Origin: Candidatus Brocadiia bacterium
GTDB taxonomy: Bacteria; Planctomycetota; Brocadiia; SM23-32
Direction: 5' to 3'
Length of the DNA stretch: 64,000 bases
Assembly (NCBI GenBank): GCA_046538485.1
Contig: JBKHIT010000005.1
Span: 64,001 to 128,000, forward strand
The translations under genes and the position numbers were made by a program. How positions within the stretch are numbered: position 1 is the first letter of the stretch; each line of letters opens with the position of its first letter. This document shows positions 47,665-57,824 of the stretch, in pieces. The notes under the pieces are model-generated. The model was not told the DNA's origin. It worked only from the letters and a program-made list of their open reading frames with translations, and did not search any database.

Positions 47665-49254
47665 GTGAAAGTAGATATCTACGATTCCCTGGAGTGGCTT
47701 TTTGCAGACTCCCAACCCCGACGTCGTCCCCGGGGCGAAATATCCATTGAAACCGCTCGCCGCGCCCGACCCGGTTTCCAGATACTGGTGAATGACGTCC
47801 CGGACGAAACTCCGATCCACGTCGAAGTCCCATCTCTGAGGAGCAACGATGGGGAAGGACTCGCGCGGTGCGAACTCTACAAACTGATCAGCGTCCCCGT
47901 GGAGGAGAATACTGGAGCGATTGGCTTTACGAACGATGGTGACAAAAACGAGCATGTGACCCGCCGGGCTCCGTTTCGTGTTTTCGACGCATTAAAGCCC
48001 GTAACGAGCCCTGTTCGGGCGGCGTCGGGTCCGACCGTGCTTCTGGTTCAGTTCCCGATTGCACCCAACGCAAAATCGGGGTCGTATTCGGGCATGATTT
48101 CAGTAGCTGCGGGCGACGACAGTGCCGAAATTTTGGTGGGATTGAATGTGCATGAGGCGCTTGTCCCTGCGCGGGGTGAGTTGAAAATGACGAACTGGTT
48201 TAACACCGGCAACATGGCGGAACGTCACGGTCTCCAACCATGGTCGCGCGGACACTGGAAAATGATCCGACAGTATGCCGAGCTAATGGCGCGAAATCGG
48301 CAGAACATGTTTTGGGTGCCTCTCTCGCTGGTTGATATTGAAAAGACGAGTGGCGAAACATGGAACTTTGATTTCAAGCGATGGATGCGATTGGTGCGTG
48401 TGTTCCTCGATGCCGGGTGCGAATGGATCGAAGGAGGGCACGTCGCCGGCCGGCACGAGTGGGATGATACCCGTTATCACCTGCGCGCTCCGGGGGATAT
48501 TCTCGGGACCGGTGCGGAAGGGCATCTCTTTCTTTCCCAATTTCTCCCTGCGCTTCTGGACGTGATCGAACGGAATGGTTGGCGGGACCGCTATGTGCAA
48601 CACGTGGCTGATGAGCCTCACGGCGACGATGTTGAAGACTATCGGATTCTCTGCGGGATCGTGCGTAAGTTTATGCCCGGTGTCCCTCTGATTGATGCAA
48701 CGTGCAATACGGACGTCCACGGGGCCCTTGACATCTATGTCCCACAGGACTGGAAATACGAGGAAGAACTGGAAGAGTGGAGTTCCTACAGGGAATCAGG
48801 GGACGAACTTTGGCATTATACCTGTTGTTTCCCGGGTGGACCTTATCTGAATCGTCTGCTCGATCAGGAACTTCTCCGCCCGCGTTTGCTTCACTGGGGA
48901 AACTACAAATACGATCTGCAGGGTTTCCTGCATTGGGGGCTGAACCAGTACAGATCGGATCAGGATCCTTTCGAGAAAAGCGTCGTCGGTCACGGAGGAG
49001 GCAACAAACTTCCCGCCGGCGATACGCATATCGTCTACCCGGGAGATGACGGCCCGATGTCGAGTATGCGGTTTGAAGCTCAGCGTGAAGGGGTTGAAGA
49101 TTACGAATTACTTCGAGTCTTAGCCGGAAAAAACAAGAAACGGTCTGATCAGATCTGCCGCCGGGTGTTCCGGAAATTTGATGACTACACCGTGAACATC
49201 AAAACGTTCAGAGGCGCCCACCGCGACCTGCTGGATGCCGTTGATAGGCTTTGA
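47665..49254 (+). CDS. DUF4091-domain / GH123-like glycoside hydrolase
   Basis: HVADEP, WHYTCCFP, GFLHWG, GD..IVYPG and S.RFE..REG.EDYE motifs. Confidence 0.8.
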   Translation: MKVDIYDSLEWLFADSQPRRRPRGEISIETARRARPGFQILVNDVPDETPIHVEVPSLRSNDGEGLARCELYKLISVPVEENTGAIGFTNDGDKNEHVTRRAPFRVFDALKPVTSPVRAASGPTVLLVQFPIAPNAKSGSYSGMISVAAGDDSAEILVGLNVHEALVPARGELKMTNWFNTGNMAERHGLQPWSRGHWKMIRQYAELMARNRQNMFWVPLSLVDIEKTSGETWNFDFKRWMRLVRVFLDAGCEWIEGGHVAGRHEWDDTRYHLRAPGDILGTGAEGHLFLSQFLPALLDVIERNGWRDRYVQHVADEPHGDDVEDYRILCGIVRKFMPGVPLIDATCNTDVHGALDIYVPQDWKYEEELEEWSSYRESGDELWHYTCCFPGGPYLNRLLDQELLRPRLLHWGNYKYDLQGFLHWGLNQYRSDQDPFEKSVVGHGGGNKLPAGDTHIVYPGDDGPMSSMRFEAQREGVEDYELLRVLAGKNKKRSDQICRRVFRKFDDYTVNIKTFRGAHRDLLDAVDRL

Positions 49255-49408
49255 GTGAGTCCTCGGCGGCCCGACGAGTCAGGAGGCTTCGCCTGGAGTG
49301 TCCCGGTGAAGATCTCCTCCGGCTTTATCCTCCTCGGGCACGGCTTGTGGTGTGGGGAGCGGAGACCATCGACGGAGGTGTGTTTAGCCTCAAAAATACC
49401 GCCAGACC

Positions 49409-49507
49409 GGTCATCGCGAGCGCATCATAAAATGGACGAAGCGATCTCGTCGTTCTTTTGGCCTGAAAGCGAGATTGCCGCGGCGGCTATGCCGCCTCGC
49501 AATGACC
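49409..49507. repeat. RPE-like nested palindromic element
   Basis: Outer GGTCATCGCGAG / CTCGCAATGACC, inner GCGATCTCG / CGAGATTGC and a GGCGGC-TAT-GCCGCC hairpin. Confidence 0.75.
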
Positions 49508-49587
49508 ACTCAGACTGGGATTTCGGGCCAGATAGGTGCCGGTTCCGTCCCCGGGAATAATCCTGATCAAACTCTGGAGTAAAAGAC

Positions 49588-50844
49588 ATGACAGACCAGG
49601 AAGCGAAAATAATGCCTGAAGACCGAAAGATTCTGCGTGATCTGGCCAGACGTATCGCGGAGATTGCCGCCGATCCCGTGATGGATGAACGACGTCAGCT
49701 CTGGTTGGATCATGCCTCCCTCGACAGTCACCGCCCGATGATCCTCGCTGAGATCGGTGGTGTCCTCGATGAACTCGTCCCGCGCGAAGTCTGTCAATGT
49801 TCAGAGGACTGGGCGAGGGGCGTCGAACGAGGTCTGAGAAGCCGAATCTTTGTCCACGAAGAAGTGGGCGACGATTCCGTGATTACCGCGTCCGTTCGGT
49901 ACAATTGGAATGTAAACATTGGAAACTACGGCGTTTCCCCGAAACGGCATACCACCGAAGGCGACAAAAAAACCAGCTACCGGTGGGATCCCCCGATCAA
50001 AGACCTGGATGCCGATTTTGATAAACTCCATATGCGTGAACTCTCCGTCGATCGGGAGGCGACCCATCGGGCGGGGGAAAGGCTCCACGACATCTTTGGC
50101 GATATCCTGGAGGTGCGTCTGCGCGGCTCATTTTGGTGGACCATGGGGATGACCTGGCGGGCGGTGGATCTGGTCGGGCTGGACGGACTGATGCTTTTCA
50201 TGTGCGATGAGCCCGACGGTGTCCACCGGCTGATGGAGTTTCTCCGGGACGATCATCTTCATCTTATCGAGTGGTGCGAAGAGGAAGGCCTGCTGACCCT
50301 GAACAATAAAAATGATTATTGCGGGTCCGGCAGCCTTGGCTATACCCGGGAGTTGCCCCAACCGGACTGGCGGGAAGGGGACCCCGTCCGTATCGCGGAC
50401 CTCTGGGGGCTATCGGAATCGCAGGAAACCGTCGGTGTGTCGCCTGGGATGTTCGCTGAATTTATCTTTCCGTATCAACTTCCGGTCGTCAAGAAATTTG
50501 GACTGTCGTATTACGGGTGTTGCGAGCCCGTTCACGAGCGGTGGGGGACTATCAAACAGATCCCAAACCTGCGGCGCGTCTCGGTATCTCCCTGGTGCGA
50601 TCAGGAAATTATGGCCGATGTTCTTGGGGATGATTACATCTTCTGCCGAAAACCCAATCCGTCTTTGATCAGCACTGAAAACTGGAACGAAGACTCCATC
50701 CGCGCAGATTTAAGGCAGACCGTTGAGGTCGCCGGCGATTGCCCGCTCGAACTGGTAATGAAAGACGTTCATACGGTAGCCGACGAGCCCTGGCGACTCG
50801 GCCGCTGGGTTGAGATAGCCCGCGAAGAAGCAGCCAACTGGTGA
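49588..50844 (+). CDS. Uroporphyrinogen decarboxylase/MtaA-CmuA-like TIM-barrel protein
   Basis: ESQETVGVSP.MF.EF, YYGCCEP, VSVSPW, RKPNP and MKDVHT motifs. Confidence 0.7.
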   Translation: MTDQEAKIMPEDRKILRDLARRIAEIAADPVMDERRQLWLDHASLDSHRPMILAEIGGVLDELVPREVCQCSEDWARGVERGLRSRIFVHEEVGDDSVITASVRYNWNVNIGNYGVSPKRHTTEGDKKTSYRWDPPIKDLDADFDKLHMRELSVDREATHRAGERLHDIFGDILEVRLRGSFWWTMGMTWRAVDLVGLDGLMLFMCDEPDGVHRLMEFLRDDHLHLIEWCEEEGLLTLNNKNDYCGSGSLGYTRELPQPDWREGDPVRIADLWGLSESQETVGVSPGMFAEFIFPYQLPVVKKFGLSYYGCCEPVHERWGTIKQIPNLRRVSVSPWCDQEIMADVLGDDYIFCRKPNPSLISTENWNEDSIRADLRQTVEVAGDCPLELVMKDVHTVADEPWRLGRWVEIAREEAANW

Positions 50845-50958
50845 AAGGTGGTTTCCGCTGGGTTTTTTGGGTCCTGGTTTGGGGCTTTTCCAGTAATCGA
50901 ACGGGGCATGCGATGCGCAGGAATGTAAGAGAGCAGTAGGTCTCTGCCGTACGGCGGA

Positions 50959-51062
50959 CGAGGCGCGGACCTGCCGTTGGTTGTTCTGCTGTTGTGCTGC
51001 GAGACCTGTTGGTTTATGACCGCGTTCTGAACTCCAGCCTCCAGCTGAAGTCCAGTCCGCTC
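50959..51062. repeat. Partial copy (modules B-C) of the modular repeat
   Basis: GCGGACCTGCCGTTGGTTGTTCTGCTG...CCGCGTTCTGAACTCCAGCCTCCAGCTGAAGTCCAGTCCGCTC. Confidence 0.9.
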
Positions 51063-51151
51063 ATTCGCCGTCACTTGAATCTAACCGTTTTCTCGCAAAA
51101 ATAGAGCCTTGATAGGCCGAGGTTTTTCTTTTTTACGCTTGGAGCAATACG

Positions 51152-51934
51152 ATGAAACTTGGTTTTCTCACTGACGGATGCACGGACGATGTCGAATTTG
51201 CCAGCGAAAACGGATTCGGGTGTCTCGAAGTAGCTTTGTTCGGCGACAGCCCGCTTTATGAAGATTGTTCGGAATTCAAGCAAGCCTGTGATAACGCCGA
51301 CATTTCAGTCTCGGCGGTGAGCCTTTTTGGACAAAAGATGTTTGGAGAAGCCGATTCAGTGGGGGAAGGACGGAAGAATTTCGAGGCCGCGCGTGATCTC
51401 GCCGTTGAACTCCAGGCCCCTGTTTTCGTTGCCGGCTCTGCCCGTTACGAAGAGATCCCCGAGGACGAACAATGGGAGATGGTCATCGAAGAAATGACGC
51501 CGATGATCCGAGCCGTCCAGGACAGAGGGTTGACGTATGCTTTTTACAACTGCCATTGGGAGAACGTGGTCTGCAAGCCGGAAGCCTGGGCACGCGTGTT
51601 GCCGGAAGTTTCGGGGGCCGGTATCAAATTCGACCCCTCCCATCCGGTATACGACGGACGGGAGTGGATGCCGGATATGTGGAAAGCCGGCGACCGGATC
51701 GTCCACACCCACGCGAAAGATACGTTATGGATTGACGGAGAACGTATTCCCGATCCGAATCCGGGACTCGGGCAGATGAACTGGGGAGCGTTTTTCGGGA
51801 TCCTCTACGAACTTGGTCTTGACGTGGACGTATGCATTGAACCCCACAGCGCGGTCTACACGGGCGAAAACCGTTATCCGGCGCTTCTGCTGTCGAAACG
51901 CTACCTTGAGCGTTTCCTCATGCCTGAGATGTGA
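51152..51934 (+). CDS. Sugar phosphate isomerase/epimerase (xylose isomerase-like TIM barrel)
   Basis: FDPSH, HTHAKD, PGLG..NW and IEPH motifs. Confidence 0.85.
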   Translation: MKLGFLTDGCTDDVEFASENGFGCLEVALFGDSPLYEDCSEFKQACDNADISVSAVSLFGQKMFGEADSVGEGRKNFEAARDLAVELQAPVFVAGSARYEEIPEDEQWEMVIEEMTPMIRAVQDRGLTYAFYNCHWENVVCKPEAWARVLPEVSGAGIKFDPSHPVYDGREWMPDMWKAGDRIVHTHAKDTLWIDGERIPDPNPGLGQMNWGAFFGILYELGLDVDVCIEPHSAVYTGENRYPALLLSKRYLERFLMPEM

Positions 51935-52044
51935 GGATCAGCTCAAAGACTCCGTGAGCGTGCCGTCCCTGATACGAAGCCGGGTCTGTTCTACGGGGCC
52001 AGCAGGCGAACAGATCACGTGAGGGGTAGCATTGCTGGAGAGCT

Positions 52045-52084
52045 GTAGGCCCGCATCGCCGAGGCGGACCTGCCGTTGGTTGTT
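52045..52084. repeat. Partial copy (module B, GTAG-type REP) of the modular repeat
   Basis: GTAGGCCCGCATCGCCGAGGCGGACCTGCCGTTGGTTGTT. Confidence 0.8.
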
Positions 52085-52236
52085 TCTGTGACATCAGAGG
52101 ACGTGATCTGGATGTTGAGGAAATAGAGCCTTGCGTCCGAATCCAGTCTGGCCGACCAGAACGGTCGGTTCTTCAAATCCGTATCCCGTCCCCGGAAGCC
52201 CAAAATGGCATAGGGAACGTTACAATGCGAAAGACC

Positions 52237-52264
52237 TTGACAGCGCATTACTTCCGCATAGAAT
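52237..52264 (+). promoter_or_regulatory. Sigma70-type promoter
   Basis: TTGACA-16 bp-TAGAAT upstream of the RBS AGGAGG and ATG at 52308. Confidence 0.6.
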
Positions 52265-52307
52265 AAATTATAGACCGACCATTTTTATACTGGGCCAGGA
52301 GGGAAGA

Positions 52308-53318
52308 ATGAGGCGAGGAATCCGCACAGGATTTACTCTCATAGAGCTGCTCGTTGTCATTGCCATCATTGCCATACTGGCCGCCATGTTGATGCCGGCA
52401 CTTGAAAAGGCGAGGGAGGCCGCCTGGCATGCTCAGTGCCTGCAAAATTTCCATCAGATCCAGCTGGCGTCAAATCTGTTTGCAATGGACCATGACGGAG
52501 GGGTTCCGTATCTGAATTCGGGGGCATACGGTTGTCTGGGTATAGCTGGCCCTGGTTGGGCAGGGTGGTGGAGCACGGCGCAGAAGGAAGCGGCTATCGA
52601 GAACGACCCGTTCTGCAACTTCTCCGAGAAATATCTGGGTGGCATTTGGACTTACGATGCTTCGGCCGACATCATGCGCGTCCCTGACGTGCTGGTGTGT
52701 CCGGGTTTGAGTCGGGATCCACAGATCCACGCGCAGATGCCGGGAGATGCGTGGGACAAAAAATATCGTATTGGAGGGAGAATTCGCGGCGGGACCGTGG
52801 TGGGGTTTGGGTCTTTCCTTGGACAGTATTTTCTTACCGTCACCGGGTGTTCTCACGGTGCGAATGGCACAATCAATACGACCCATAATCCGAATCACCC
52901 TTCGGATCCATGTTCCAAAGGACCCGGCGAAGGCGGACGCCTCAAACTGAAAGATCTGCGGAACCCTTCCGATGATGTCATTCTTGTTGATATGCTTTTC
53001 CAGAGGGGAAATTCTACTTCTTATGGCACCGATCGAATGTGGCGTATACCTCACGGCAGCAGTGTTAAGCCCTGGAAAATCAACCAGGGTTATGCTGATG
53101 GCTCAGTTCAGGCTTATAATTTCGAGGGTGTCAACTGGTCCTACAAACCAGCTTACCCCTGGGACAGGAAAGTTTTGACGCCGATGTATGCTTCATCCCG
53201 GGCGCAGTTCAACCGGGGTGGCTATCCGTATAGACACACGAACTGGCAACCGGCCAAACCGGGTTGGTATGGCATCGGCACCACACCTCATGGCAGTTCC
53301 TACAACCCTACACCGTAA
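52308..53318 (+). CDS. Prepilin-type N-terminal cleavage/methylation protein (DUF1559-like, H-X9-DG type)
   Basis: [29 protein letters not shown] and C-terminal PH...N.GYADGSV. Confidence 0.9.
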   Translation: MRRGIRTGFTLIELLVVIAIIAILAAMLMPALEKAREAAWHAQCLQNFHQIQLASNLFAMDHDGGVPYLNSGAYGCLGIAGPGWAGWWSTAQKEAAIENDPFCNFSEKYLGGIWTYDASADIMRVPDVLVCPGLSRDPQIHAQMPGDAWDKKYRIGGRIRGGTVVGFGSFLGQYFLTVTGCSHGANGTINTTHNPNHPSDPCSKGPGEGGRLKLKDLRNPSDDVILVDMLFQRGNSTSYGTDRMWRIPHGSSVKPWKINQGYADGSVQAYNFEGVNWSYKPAYPWDRKVLTPMYASSRAQFNRGGYPYRHTNWQPAKPGWYGIGTTPHGSSYNPTP

Positions 53319-53425
53319 CTACCATACTTTTTGCGGCCTTTCGGTCCCTGGTCTCGCAACCAGGGTTGTGGTGGGCTGTGCAACAAGGCTCTTTTACGCT
53401 ATCCTGGTGAATGTAAAATGCCCGT

Positions 53426-53597
53426 GTGGCACAGGCTCTCCAGCCTGTGGACCGGGTCGTCAGGCCCGGGTTAGCTGTCCCGCGTTCTGAACTCCAGTCC
53501 CGCGCAGCCGTCCTGAAGTCCAGTCCGCTCATGCTCTCTATATTCGAGTTCAGCTGAGCCCGCCGCCGTCGGGCGAAGGGGGGCTCGAGGCGGACAA
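53426..53597. repeat. REP-like cluster: GTGG-CACAGGCT..AGCCTGTG, then module C, then module A
   Basis: Module C at 53480-53530 and module A at 53544-53597, in the reverse order of the full copies. Confidence 0.8.
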
Positions 53598-53715
53598 GTG
53601 GGGGAATACCAAGAGCCGGGATCTGGCGTCAGCGACATCGGCACCGTGTTTGAAAAACGGCGGGTCTCCAGAGCCCTCTGAACCTTTTGGCCCCTTATCC
53701 CGTGCCCGGACCCTA

Positions 53716-55023
53716 TCACTGGTTTTTCAAATCTTTCTCGGGATCGATCACCATGAACCGGGCGTGGAAGAAACATTGAGCGCGGTTCGCCCATGGATTG
53801 GCCGGGTCCTCGCCTTTGATCGACCACACCATCGCCACCGCGTGCAGTTTGTTGTCGGCACCCACCACGAGAGAATGAATCTCGCTGACCCGTCGGCCTT
53901 TTTCGCAGATGATTTTGCCGTGGTTCCTGGTTTTCCCCGACGGGATATGGTAACTCATCAGGTGCGCCTGTTTTCGCCAGATGGGATACGAGCAATACCA
54001 GAGCGTCCGTCCACGCAGACACAGGCCCAGCGACCCGCGGTCGGCTTTTTCGGGGCGGAATCCGAAGGGGGCCAGTCCTTCGGTCTTACCTTTCAGACCG
54101 TCCGGTTTTTCCGGAGGTTTGAACCGGAACAGGTATTCGTCGCCACGCCGCACGCTGTAATACCAGTCTGTTTCGGGATCTTTGACAATGTTGATCCATT
54201 GTCCGGTCCCCTTTTTGTTTGGTTTAGTCTCGAGATTCGGATCGGACGGCACCCGTGCCTCAAGGGTATTAATCTCGTCAGTGCGGGGATTATATTTCCA
54301 GATCTCTCCGTTGATCCGGGAACCATACACGTTTCCGTATTTGTCCGCAATCAGCACACGACACTGGTATCCCTCGTTGAGTTTCCCGATGGTGACATGT
54401 TTTCCTGTTTTCAGATCGAGGTAGCGCAGCTTTGGGTGGTTGGCATACATGCGTTTGTATTTTGGTTCAAAGAGCATCGTCAGGAGACCGCACCCCTCTT
54501 TTGTGGGGTCAACGCCGAGATCCTCGAACCTCGCCGTCTCCAGGTGGTAGCGCAGAAAATGGCCGCCCGGATAGGGGCGATCCGGCGTGCGATGTGCCGC
54601 GCAGGATGACATGTAGAGTTTCTTTTCGTGCTCGTAGATCGTCGAGTGGATTTTTCCCTGCGCGTTCCATTTTCCCGGCGCATCGCTCTGTCCGCACCAC
54701 CTGGCCACATTGATGAGATGTTCCACGCGATCTTCTTCGGGCAGAAAACGGTAGAACTGCGCGTTGTGATGGGGCGAATGACTCGAGACGCTGAAATACG
54801 TGCTGCCGTCGCTCGCCGCGATAATCCCTTCCCATTGTCCGTCCACAAAGTCCTGCGGCAATTCGCAAGTTGAACTTTTCACATGGGGTTCGGTCTGGCG
54901 CTCTTCCTCGCTGAACCGATCCATGTAATTGAGCTTGTGTTTTCCGGCATGGGCAGTAACAGCGACGAGGACAAACAGAAGGAGTCCAGAAACGCGACAA
55001 CTGCAACGGAAGTTCGTTTTCAT
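53716..55023 (-). CDS. Secreted beta-propeller-like hypothetical protein
   Basis: Signal peptide (...TAHA); 'ASDG..YF..SSH', 'QGKIH' and 'YPGGHF..Y' repeat-like blades. Confidence 0.65.
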   Translation of the reverse strand: MKTNFRCSCRVSGLLLFVLVAVTAHAGKHKLNYMDRFSEEERQTEPHVKSSTCELPQDFVDGQWEGIIAASDGSTYFSVSSHSPHHNAQFYRFLPEEDRVEHLINVARWCGQSDAPGKWNAQGKIHSTIYEHEKKLYMSSCAAHRTPDRPYPGGHFLRYHLETARFEDLGVDPTKEGCGLLTMLFEPKYKRMYANHPKLRYLDLKTGKHVTIGKLNEGYQCRVLIADKYGNVYGSRINGEIWKYNPRTDEINTLEARVPSDPNLETKPNKKGTGQWINIVKDPETDWYYSVRRGDEYLFRFKPPEKPDGLKGKTEGLAPFGFRPEKADRGSLGLCLRGRTLWYCSYPIWRKQAHLMSYHIPSGKTRNHGKIICEKGRRVSEIHSLVVGADNKLHAVAMVWSIKGEDPANPWANRAQCFFHARFMVIDPEKDLKNQ

Positions 55024-55024
55024 T

Positions 55025-56146
55025 TTACTTTTCCTTTGACTCAGCGGCGGCCGGATTGAGGTCTGGAGCACGCAGAAGATCATCATCGGCCTCTTTGATA
55101 TACTCTTTGAAAGCCTCGTAGGCTTTGCGCGGCGACAAATCGTTGTTGAGAATAGCGAAACTGCCATCGTTGCTATCGGAATCTTTTCCTTCGGACCGCA
55201 ATTTCGACCAGAATATTTTTTCAACGTATGGCAGTTTCAAGAGTGCATCGTAGTGGCTGGTCAGTTCCGCTGCCTCTTGTTCTTCCGTCAGCTCGTTCTT
55301 TGCGGACACACCAAGCTCCGTTACCCAGATCTTTTTGTCCGCATCTCCGTTCTTTTTCATAATTTCGTAAGTGGTTTTGACTTTTTCGACGCTTTTTTTC
55401 GCTGTTTGTGGTTTGTCCGGATATGAATGGAGGGAGATGATGTCGAAATAGTTCGTGATTCCGCGGTTATAGAGTCTCTGGAGGGTTTTGGGCTTCGCCT
55501 CATTTTCACCGTCCCTGAAGGCATGAACGCCATCGGTGGCGAGTGCTCCGAGCAGAATCTTGTTGTGTCGGTCGACTTCTTTGATCGTTTTGTAGGCTGT
55601 TCGCAGATGACGTCCGTAGTTTTCCAGGGAAGATCGCCATGAGATCCAGTCGATTTCGTTGCCGATCTCATAGTGGAGCACTTTTCCGCGGTAGTGTCGG
55701 GCGACGAAACGCAGGTGTTCTTCGAAAGCGTCGGAACTTTTTGGCATGTAGGCCCAGAAGGCTTCAGTTTCTGGTTTGGGTGACGCCCATTTCGGTGTGC
55801 CAACGAGTTGGATATAGACACGGATTCCCAGGCGATCCGCATGGCGAATTGTGTAATCGACTCTTTTCAAATATTGTCCGTTGATCCGCCCCTGTTGCGG
55901 CTCGAGGAGATGCCATCTTATCCGCACGCGGAGCCATTCGATTTTTGCTTTTTTCACAAGTTTAAGCGCCCGGGAAATGCCGGCGGCGCGCCTGTAAACG
56001 TCCGGTCGGTCGGCGTGAATGCAAACTCCGAAAGGTTCCCGCTTGTGGGTGCCGGGTTCTGCAGCCCTGTTGCGTGGTTCGGCGCGGCTCACCGAGCCTC
56101 CGACCAGAAGAAAAAGCGCAAGAATCCAAAAAAAAACTCGAGACAC
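55025..56146 (-). CDS. Secreted clan GH-A glycoside hydrolase (GH39/GH5-like)
   Basis: Signal peptide; YEIGNE (acid/base), FDIISLHSY and IWVTELG (nucleophile) motifs. Confidence 0.85.
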   Translation of the reverse strand: MSRVFFWILALFLLVGGSVSRAEPRNRAAEPGTHKREPFGVCIHADRPDVYRRAAGISRALKLVKKAKIEWLRVRIRWHLLEPQQGRINGQYLKRVDYTIRHADRLGIRVYIQLVGTPKWASPKPETEAFWAYMPKSSDAFEEHLRFVARHYRGKVLHYEIGNEIDWISWRSSLENYGRHLRTAYKTIKEVDRHNKILLGALATDGVHAFRDGENEAKPKTLQRLYNRGITNYFDIISLHSYPDKPQTAKKSVEKVKTTYEIMKKNGDADKKIWVTELGVSAKNELTEEQEAAELTSHYDALLKLPYVEKIFWSKLRSEGKDSDSNDGSFAILNNDLSPRKAYEAFKEYIKEADDDLLRAPDLNPAAAESKEK

Positions 56147-56412
56147 TGGTTTTTTCTCCTTTTGACGGCTGTTATTTTCCTCGATACTTCGATCCAGTTC
56201 CGCTTACTCTATTGTACAGGAAAGATAATGAATTTGCCTCCGGGTGGCGATCGGAGATGGGCGGGAGTTTGGGGAAATTAATAGCGGTTAAACGCCAAAA
56301 CCACCTAAAGCGCAAATCCCTCATCTGTTCTGTCGCTTGCGGTGATGGAGGATCCACCCCACAATATGCGTTCTCCGATCATCAATACACACCTTTCTGC
56401 GAGGAAGTTTTC

Positions 56413-57774
56413 GTGAAAGAAAAACTCCAGGATATCTGTCAGAAACTGCCCGCCGATTATGCTGAGATCCGCGTCCACGAGGGTTCTTCAACACGAGTTA
56501 ATTATTCCGGGGAAGAACTGGAGGATATCGGGGAGCGAACCGGCCTTGGCGGTTGCGTGCGTGTGCTCAAAGATGGCGGATGGGGTTTTGCCACATTCAA
56601 TGACATCAAGGCAATGGAAAAGTTCGCCGAGATGGCCGTTGAACAGGCGGAACTGGTCGAAGGAGATCCCATCGAACTCGCCGAAATCGACCCTGTCGAG
56701 ACCACCTACCGGTCAAATCCGGAGATCGATCCCGGCGAGGTGTCCCTGGCCGATAAACGTGATCTGTGTCATGACTACAACGAGAGCATTCTCAGCGGGG
56801 AAAAAATTCGCACCAGCGCTGTGCGCTACCGCGATTCCCGTTCGACCCGTTATTTTGCCAACTCCGAAGGCAGCTACATCGAACAACAGTTCTCGTTTTG
56901 CGGCGCACTGATAATGGCGATCGCGGTTGACGGCGATAATGTCCAGCGGGCCTACAAATCGACCGGCGATCTGCGGGGGTACGGGAATGTGCAGGATCTG
57001 GAAGAATCCTGCGAGGACGTGAAGAAACGGGCCACCGATCTGCTCGAGGCCGAACCTATTGAAGCGGGGACCTACACAGTCATTGCCGATCCCAAACTTT
57101 GCGGCGTCTTCGTGCATGAAGCGTTCGGCCATCTGAGCGAGGCCGATCATGTTTACGAAAACCCCAGACTCCGCGAAATTATGAAACCAGGTCGTCGTTT
57201 TGGCAAGGGAATTCTTAATATCATCGATCAGGGCAACATGGTCGGCGAAGCCGGCTTCCTCGCCTACGATGACGAAGGTGTGCCCGCAGGGCGAACTCCT
57301 CTGATCGAAAATGGTGTGTTGAAAGGAAGATTGCATAACCGCGAGACGGCCGCGCGGATGGATGAAAGGCCGACCGGCAACGCTCGTGCCATTTCCTACA
57401 GCCATCCTCCCATCGTAAGAATGACAAATGCCTACATGGAAGCCGGGGAAACGAGCTTCGATGAGATGATTCAGGATACCGAGGATGGGATCTATGCGAA
57501 AGGTATGCTCGGGGGGCAGACCAACATGGAGATGTTCACTTTCAGCGCGGAGGAAGCGTGGCGAATCCGCGACGGTGAGATCGCCGAAAAACTCCGCGAA
57601 GTCGTCCTGACCGGTAACGTCTTTAAGACGCTCAACGATATCGATGCGATCGGGCGTGACGTTAAGATGCATGGAGGACTCGGAGGATGCGGCAAAGCCG
57701 GACAGGGCCCTCTTCGGGTGGGGGATGGAGGTCCGCACTGTCGGATCCAGGATGTTGTTATCGGTGGGCGATGA
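56413..57774 (+). CDS. tldD: TldD family metalloprotease
   Basis: HEAFGHLSEAD, YDDEG, TGNARA, RMTN and GGCGK motifs; GTG start after RBS GAGG. Confidence 0.92.
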   Translation: MKEKLQDICQKLPADYAEIRVHEGSSTRVNYSGEELEDIGERTGLGGCVRVLKDGGWGFATFNDIKAMEKFAEMAVEQAELVEGDPIELAEIDPVETTYRSNPEIDPGEVSLADKRDLCHDYNESILSGEKIRTSAVRYRDSRSTRYFANSEGSYIEQQFSFCGALIMAIAVDGDNVQRAYKSTGDLRGYGNVQDLEESCEDVKKRATDLLEAEPIEAGTYTVIADPKLCGVFVHEAFGHLSEADHVYENPRLREIMKPGRRFGKGILNIIDQGNMVGEAGFLAYDDEGVPAGRTPLIENGVLKGRLHNRETAARMDERPTGNARAISYSHPPIVRMTNAYMEAGETSFDEMIQDTEDGIYAKGMLGGQTNMEMFTFSAEEAWRIRDGEIAEKLREVVLTGNVFKTLNDIDAIGRDVKMHGGLGGCGKAGQGPLRVGDGGPHCRIQDVVIGGR

Positions 57775-57824
57775 AAATCTGATTCTTTTTGTTGAGATGC
57801 CAAAGGACCCGGAGGAAAACAGAC

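Noticed and set aside
51099..52133. 13-bp direct repeat AAATAGAGCCTTG flanking the isomerase gene
   Set aside because: 13-mer matches are expected by chance in 64 kb and there is no mobile gene between the copies.
10039..53597. CRISPR array or integron attC interpretation of the repeats
   Set aside because: There is no regular repeat-spacer periodicity, no cas or intI gene, and I saw no consistent RYYYAAC/GTTRRRY ends.
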